Assembly (NCBI GenBank): GCA_964415365.1
Contig: CAYPYW010000002.1
Coordinates: 26,264-90,263 of the forward strand
Length of the DNA: 64,000 nt
DNA from: an uncultured Actinomycetota bacterium
GTDB lineage: Bacteria > Actinomycetota > Humimicrobiia > Humimicrobiales > Humimicrobiaceae
Reading direction: 5' to 3'
Of the stretch, positions 59,102 to 64,000 are shown piece by piece. The position numbers were made by a program, and so were the translations under genes. Numbering within the stretch: the stretch's first letter is position 1; the number at the start of each line of letters is the position of its first letter. The notes beneath the pieces are model-generated. The model was not told where the DNA came from, did not search any database, and saw only the letters and a program-made list of their open reading frames with translations.

Positions 59102-60430
59102 TCACAAATCAAGTATTTTGGTTGGTTTTTTTGGTAAGACTATATTGAACACCGTTTCCTTATTGGGGATACTATGCACGCTTATCTTTCCATTGTGAAG
59201 CCCAACAGTATGTTTCACAATAGAAAGACCCAGACCCGATCCAATCTGTTTTGAAGACTCTAGATTTTTGCCTCTATAAAACCTCTGAAAAATATAGGGC
59301 AACTCATCCTTTTCTATTCCAGCACCATTATCTCTAAAGGCAAGCAGTATATTATTCTTGTCCTCTTTGATATCTATATTTACTTCTGTTCCCCTCCCGG
59401 CATAAAATATGGAATTCTCAATTATATTCCTGACCATTTGTCTGAAAAGTTCTTCATCCGTTTGATAATTAATCTGATCATTATCATATTTAAAATCGAT
59501 CTTGATATCATTCTTCTCCGCAAGAAAGATAAGAGATTTGATTGTATCCTTTATTATATCAACCAGATTATACTCTTTCTCAAATAAGACATTTCGTTTA
59601 TACTCTATATTTGACAAATTCAAAACATCCTTAATCAAATAATTAAGTCTCTCCACTTCTTTTAAACTTCTGGACAAATAGTCTTTTATTCTACTTTGAT
59701 CTATTGATTTATCCTCCACAACAGTCTCAAGATACCCCTTTATAGAAGTAAGAGGGGTTCTCATCTCGTGAGATATATTAGCCACAAACTGGCTTCTCAA
59801 CCTGGAGAACTCTACTTCCTGGGTAATATTTCTAAATAATACTAACAAGCCAATTTGCTTATTTTTCATAACTTTATTTCTTTCTTCATCCACAACAATA
59901 GGAATAGCTTCTACCTGAAGATATTTTTCTTCATCCCCGTAAAATATAATATTTTTTCTGTGGGGTACCACTTCACTGAATACACTATCGATCAGATTTT
60001 CAAATTTTCTATTCTTAAAAATAAATATAGTTTTTTTATATAAAACCTCTTCTTTTTTAAGATAGAAAAGATTTAAAAGACTTTCATTAATCCTTATGAT
60101 TTTTCTATCACTACTAATTACTAATACACCCTGCATAATACTATCAAGAATTGAATCTACCAACTTTAATTCTTGCTTGATACTATCCCTGAAATAACCT
60201 ACTGTTTTATCCATATCAGAGATATCTAAATCTACTCTAAAATCTTCTTTATCAGAGTGCAGGAGTAGAGATTTCTTTTTTATATAATCCACGACTGACA
60301 ATATTAGCTTACGAGCTCTCGATAATTCATTATTAATATTCCTGATCCTTATCACATTCACAATAAGGATTATGATCAGTATCAGAATTATTGCTAAAGA
60401 TATATATAATAATACTTGATAAAGTAACAT
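59102..60430 (-). CDS. phoR: Phosphate regulon sensor histidine kinase PhoR
   Basis: TM segment, PAS-like region, HisKA H-box ANISHEMRTPL, and HATPase N, G1 (DNGAGI) and G2 (GSGLGL) boxes. Confidence 0.85.
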   Translation of the reverse strand: MLLYQVLLYISLAIILILIIILIVNVIRIRNINNELSRARKLILSVVDYIKKKSLLLHSDKEDFRVDLDISDMDKTVGYFRDSIKQELKLVDSILDSIMQGVLVISSDRKIIRINESLLNLFYLKKEEVLYKKTIFIFKNRKFENLIDSVFSEVVPHRKNIIFYGDEEKYLQVEAIPIVVDEERNKVMKNKQIGLLVLFRNITQEVEFSRLRSQFVANISHEMRTPLTSIKGYLETVVEDKSIDQSRIKDYLSRSLKEVERLNYLIKDVLNLSNIEYKRNVLFEKEYNLVDIIKDTIKSLIFLAEKNDIKIDFKYDNDQINYQTDEELFRQMVRNIIENSIFYAGRGTEVNIDIKEDKNNILLAFRDNGAGIEKDELPYIFQRFYRGKNLESSKQIGSGLGLSIVKHTVGLHNGKISVHSIPNKETVFNIVLPKKPTKILDL

Positions 60431-60566
60431 CCTATTTATACTTCCGACCTTTCACAAATTTTTTAAAGATTATAACACATGTTGCTTTTCATAAGTATTT
60501 AATAGACACCAGCCGCTATCTATTATATAGAGAATTTATCCTAATAAGTAAAGTATATTGTTAGAG

Positions 60567-62302
60567 CGGGTTGCCCCGTTTGTGGGCTTGTTGCCTAAGC
60601 CATCTGAAATAAAAGTTCCTGTTTAGAATTTCTAAAAATATCCTTTAAAATCCAAATAATATCCAAAAATAATTTAGAAAATGAGGATATTGCCATCCTT
60701 TTATCCCACATCTTTACCATTTTCTTTAGATTTAATGCTGATGCAGTCATTAGAAACTGCATTTCCACTTTTACAAGACCCCTGAATCTTGCCCTTGCCA
60801 TACCATGATAATTTTTAGCTTCTCCCATCAGTCCTTCAAGTATTGTATGCCTGAGTTTCTGCAAATATCTTCCTTTCTTGGAATAATACCATTCTTTGGT
60901 TTTGTCATAACAGAGGCTATTATATTGGGAGGTCGTCTTAAAATCTTCTTTTCCTGATATGCATCCGGCTTTTAGCGGACATATTCTGCAATCCTTTACG
61001 CTGGATTTATATATTATGCGGTTACTGCGATTATCCCTGGCCCTTCTTTTTAAAATCTTTCCATTAGGACAAATATATAAATCTCTCTGCCTGTCATAAG
61101 TAAAATCATTTTTAAAAAAGTATCCAGGCCTATTTGTACCGCTTTCGTATATTATGGCAGTCTTTATGTTTTTATCGTGAAGGTAAGCAAGACATTCTTG
61201 CGCACCATACTTACTATCAGCAGCAATCCAGGACGGCTTTCCTACAATCTTCTCATGTGAATCTATCAAATCAGGGATTTTAGAAATATCATGAGTCACA
61301 CTTGAGGATGCAGCAACTGCAGTTATTATTCCATTTACATCTGTTGCAATATGAGCTTTATAGGAAAGACCTGTCTTTATTCCTGCTTTGTAAAAAAAGA
61401 GTGGCATCAGGGTCAGTTTTAGATTTTTTCCTAATGCTTGTCCTATTTATATCCCTTCTTCTTTTACCCATCATATCTTTGTCGACTTTACCGGTAAAAC
61501 CTCTGCCACCTCTCTTCTTCTCAGGTCTTTTCTCATATATATCAAGTTTTTTCCAGTAATCCTCAGGAGTTAGATTTACTCTAATCATGGAACCCACTGA
61601 TGCATCCGCTTTTACTATTGTGGAATCAACAAGTATATCCTCTTTTGATACAAGTCCCAGCTTGATGCATTTTATCAGTATCTTCTCAAAGATATCCAAA
61701 AAGAGTTTCTTGCCAAATCTTAGCCTTGCTTTGAAAAATATACTGTGGTCTGGCACTACTTCATCAAGGTCATATCCTATATACCAGCGATATGCAAGAT
61801 TGAGGGAAACTTCCTCGGTGAGTTTTCTTTCTGATCTTATATCAAATAGATAACCAATAAGCAGCATTTTTACGAGAACTACAGGATCGATTGAGGGTTT
61901 GCCTGTATGTGAGTAATATTCTTTCGTAATTTCCCTTACAAAATCAAAAGAGATAAGACTTTCCAGCCTCTTTAAAAAATGATCACTTGGAACAAGTGAA
62001 TCTAAATCCATGTTGTAATATATCCTCTTATTAAATTCTTTTTTACCCTGCACTTTTAACCTTCTTTCTCTTTAGGATTAGAGTATCTTTGTCCACTATT
62101 TCCCATTCTACGGGATCAGACTTTTCAAAGTTCATGGCCATGGCAATTGCTCTGGGAAAGTTAATGTAGTATTGGTTAAAATCTTTACGTGTGATTTGTT
62201 GAATCTTTGCAAGATAGCCCATTATTCGCTCCTAGATATATAAATAGTTAATTGACTATTATTATACATGATTATCAGGGGTTTGGCAACAGGCAGGCCC
62301 GT
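60567..62302 (-). mobile_element. IS1182-like (IS5 superfamily) insertion sequence copy with an inactivated transposase; ends approximate
   Basis: Transposase ORFs are flanked by GC-rich imperfect inverted segments: GGGTTGCCCCGTTTGTGGGCTTGTTGCC at about 60570 and GGCAACAGGCAGGCCCGTTGTTGG at about 62290. Confidence 0.4.
60595..62053 (-). pseudogene. IS1182-family transposase split into two overlapping ORFs by a 1-nt homopolymer frameshift
   Basis: The N-terminal ORF ends ...TDPDATLFLQ... and the C-terminal ORF begins ...LFFYKAGIKTGLSYKAHIATD (DDE domain). Removing one T from the T7 run (plus-strand A7 at 61392-61398) restores a continuous ...DPDATLFYKAG... reading frame. Confidence 0.7.
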
Positions 62303-62879
62303 TGTTGGTGAAGAGCCGGGATATATTAACTGCAATTGTAATGGTGCTCAAACTAAACAATTTCAAACTTTCTCTATTATTTTACCTAATCTGATTCATC
62401 AATCAAAGAAGAGATATCTATAATTCTTATTTCTCCCACCCTTGTTTTTCGAAAAACTATACCCAAATAGTTTTACTAGCCGAAAATTTCATTATTTTCA
62501 AGCCTTTTTTAGCTAGTATCTGTCTGTAAAAAGAATATCCCTACCCCCACACCTGCTTTGCGCCTTCGCTTCTATTTCCCCCTTATACCTCCTTTTAAGC
62601 TCAGGCGCTTCTCGCCTTATAGTTCTGTGTTATTATTGTCTTCCTTTAACCAGGCGATGTTAGAAAAAAGGTATTTGTGTGGAAGAAAACTTAAAAAAGC
62701 CCACTATATAAGCTTTAACTGTCAAAGTTGGGTTTAAATAAAAAGTATTGATCTTAAATAAGAAAAGAGAGTATTCTTGATAAGAATTAGTCGGATTATA
62801 TTCCGAAAATGAAATTTGTAATTATTTCAACCTGTTTTTGACATGGGCCTTACATAGAGAAGTTTAAAACTTTTCTAAC

Positions 62880-63083
62880 TTAAAAATCTGTATAATCAAA
62901 ACCAGCATAGTCATCAAATAAGTCTGCAACAGCAAGTGCCTTAGGTGGAGGCCTGTCCCTTTTAAACCCATCTATTCCAAGCCAATTAAGAATCTTTCTT
63001 ATAACCTTATAATCCTCTATAAAAGCAATTATCCTCATATTGCCTCCACATTTTGGACATATTAAGGGATCAACCTCATATAA
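62880..63083 (-). pseudogene. IS91-family (HUH Y2) transposase C-terminal remnant, about 65 codons
   Basis: Translation ...DPLICPKCGGNMRIIAFIEDYKVIRKILNWLGIDGFKRDRPPPKA matches the characteristic C-terminal tail (CPxCGG.M.IIA.I....VI.KIL.HLGL...PP) of IS91/ISCR transposases. An in-frame stop lies immediately upstream, so only the tail remains. Confidence 0.5.
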
Positions 63084-63193
63084 TTACGTTCCTAAGCAAT
63101 AAGTTTGACATTTTTGACCCCTTATGTTTGGTTATTGTTTGTTATAGGTTCTCTTTTCCGTACTGTAATACATATTGTATGGACTAAGATTTT

Positions 63194-64000
63194 TCATAAT
63201 AAATGCCATACCTTCTTTGCATATTCAATAATCGTTCGATCAGATGAAAAAACACCAGCAGAAGCTATGTTGAACAAACACTTTCTTCCAAAAAGCATTC
63301 TGTCCCTATAGTTTGCATTTGCCCGTTCCTTGGTTTCAAAGTAAGACATCATATCAAGCAGCAAATAGAAATGGTCAGGTTTATGCCAACTGGTCCCCTT
63401 CAGCAAAGCGTTATGCAGTTCTTTGAACATGACAGTGTTGCTTGCACTTAGCGTACCGTCAATCAATGTATCAACTACACGCCGTATGCGTGCGTTGCTC
63501 TCATATATGGCCGAAGGATCATACGATGTTTTAATTCGATTAATATCCTCTATGCGAGCGCCGAATATATAATTGTTTTCTTCGCCTGCCTGTTCTGCGA
63601 TCTCAATATTTGCGCCATCATACGTCCCAAGCGTGACGGCTCCGTTAAGTATCAGCTTCATATTTCCCGTTCCGCTCGCTTCTGTGCCTGCAGGTGAGAT
63701 CTGCTCAGAAATATCTGCAGCCGGTATAATGTGCTCTGCATATGTGCAATCATAATTACGCACGAAAACGATCTGCATTAATTCTTTCATGCTCGGGTCT
63801 GTATTGATTATCTTCGCAATCTCGTTGATATACCTTATAATGGCCTTTGCTCTCGAATAGCCCGGCGCCGCTTTGGCGCCAAAAATAAAAACTGTGGGAT
63901 AGAAATCCTTAAGCGTCCCGTCTTTCAAACCAAAATAGATGTCTAAAATTGAAAATGCGTTCAGCAATTGGCGCTTATATTCATGCATCCGCTTGATTTG
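63194..64000 (-). CDS. glgP: Glycogen/alpha-glucan phosphorylase, C-terminal part; the gene continues beyond the window end
   Basis: ...TEASGTGNMKLILNGAVTLGTYDGANIEI... region around the pyridoxal-phosphate Lys (...GTGNMK...), and ...FVRNYDCTYAEHIIPAAD... Confidence 0.85.
   Translation of the reverse strand, partial: QIKRMHEYKRQLLNAFSILDIYFGLKDGTLKDFYPTVFIFGAKAAPGYSRAKAIIRYINEIAKIINTDPSMKELMQIVFVRNYDCTYAEHIIPAADISEQISPAGTEASGTGNMKLILNGAVTLGTYDGANIEIAEQAGEENNYIFGARIEDINRIKTSYDPSAIYESNARIRRVVDTLIDGTLSASNTVMFKELHNALLKGTSWHKPDHFYLLLDMMSYFETKERANANYRDRMLFGRKCLFNIASAGVFSSDRTIIEYAKKVWHLL

Overview
This is an AT-rich bacterial chromosomal segment, probably from an anaerobe, densely coded on both strands. 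Calls rest on motif-level reading of the supplied ORF translations and on direct reading of the DNA; no database search was run. ORF-track 'M' residues are often TTG or GTG starts, so several starts were re-placed by eye. Main content, in order: (1) the 5' end of gyrB with a DUF721 gene and recF (minus strand), which is origin-proximal synteny but without dnaA/dnaN here. (2) A convergent pair of NADH-dehydrogenase-type flavin/Fe-S modules: a plus-strand NuoE-like gene and a 1054-aa NuoF::GltD(NfnB/StnB-like) fusion, followed by fdhD and a mobA-like gene; on the minus strand a NuoG-N-terminus-like ferredoxin, a NuoF-like HndC-type subunit, and an unusual Fur-DNA-binding-domain::NuoE fusion preceded by a Fur-box-like operator. 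No catalytic Mo/W or [FeFe] subunit is encoded. (3) An L,D-transpeptidase, an orphan ParA with an in-frame (AAT)n poly-Asn microsatellite, rlmN, two ABC-2 exporter systems and potBCDA. (4) An ATP-cone + Mrr-type nuclease-domain protein. (5) PFK, an FmdB zinc-ribbon protein, FAH, LysE, DsrE-like, Na/Pi cotransporter, CDF and DegV with C-terminal tandem repeats. (6) A small islet holding DUF3048, a compact IS1595-family transposase, an orphan proteasome-beta-type Ntn-hydrolase with propeptide, a PAS protein and tRNA-Val. (7) A polyferredoxin, fpg, an ABC-class ATPase of unknown function, and a degenerate-GGDEF/HD-GYP sensor. (8) tRNA-Gln with the ispE-rsmA-tatD-metG-rsmI housekeeping operon, then perR-rubrerythrin. 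(9) An MthK-like K+ channel and a GH130 phosphorylase. (10) The pho regulon phoR-phoB-pstS-pstC-pstA-phoU, which lacks pstB. (11) An insertion-sequence graveyard: a frameshifted IS1182-type transposase, an IS91-family C-terminal remnant and about 0.6 kb of non-coding DNA. (12) The 3' end of a glycogen phosphorylase gene. No CRISPR array was seen. The most novel-looking item is the Fur-DBD::NuoE fusion with its own Fur-box, sitting inside a catalytic-subunit-less NuoEFG/Nfn-like cluster tied to fdhD/mobA.
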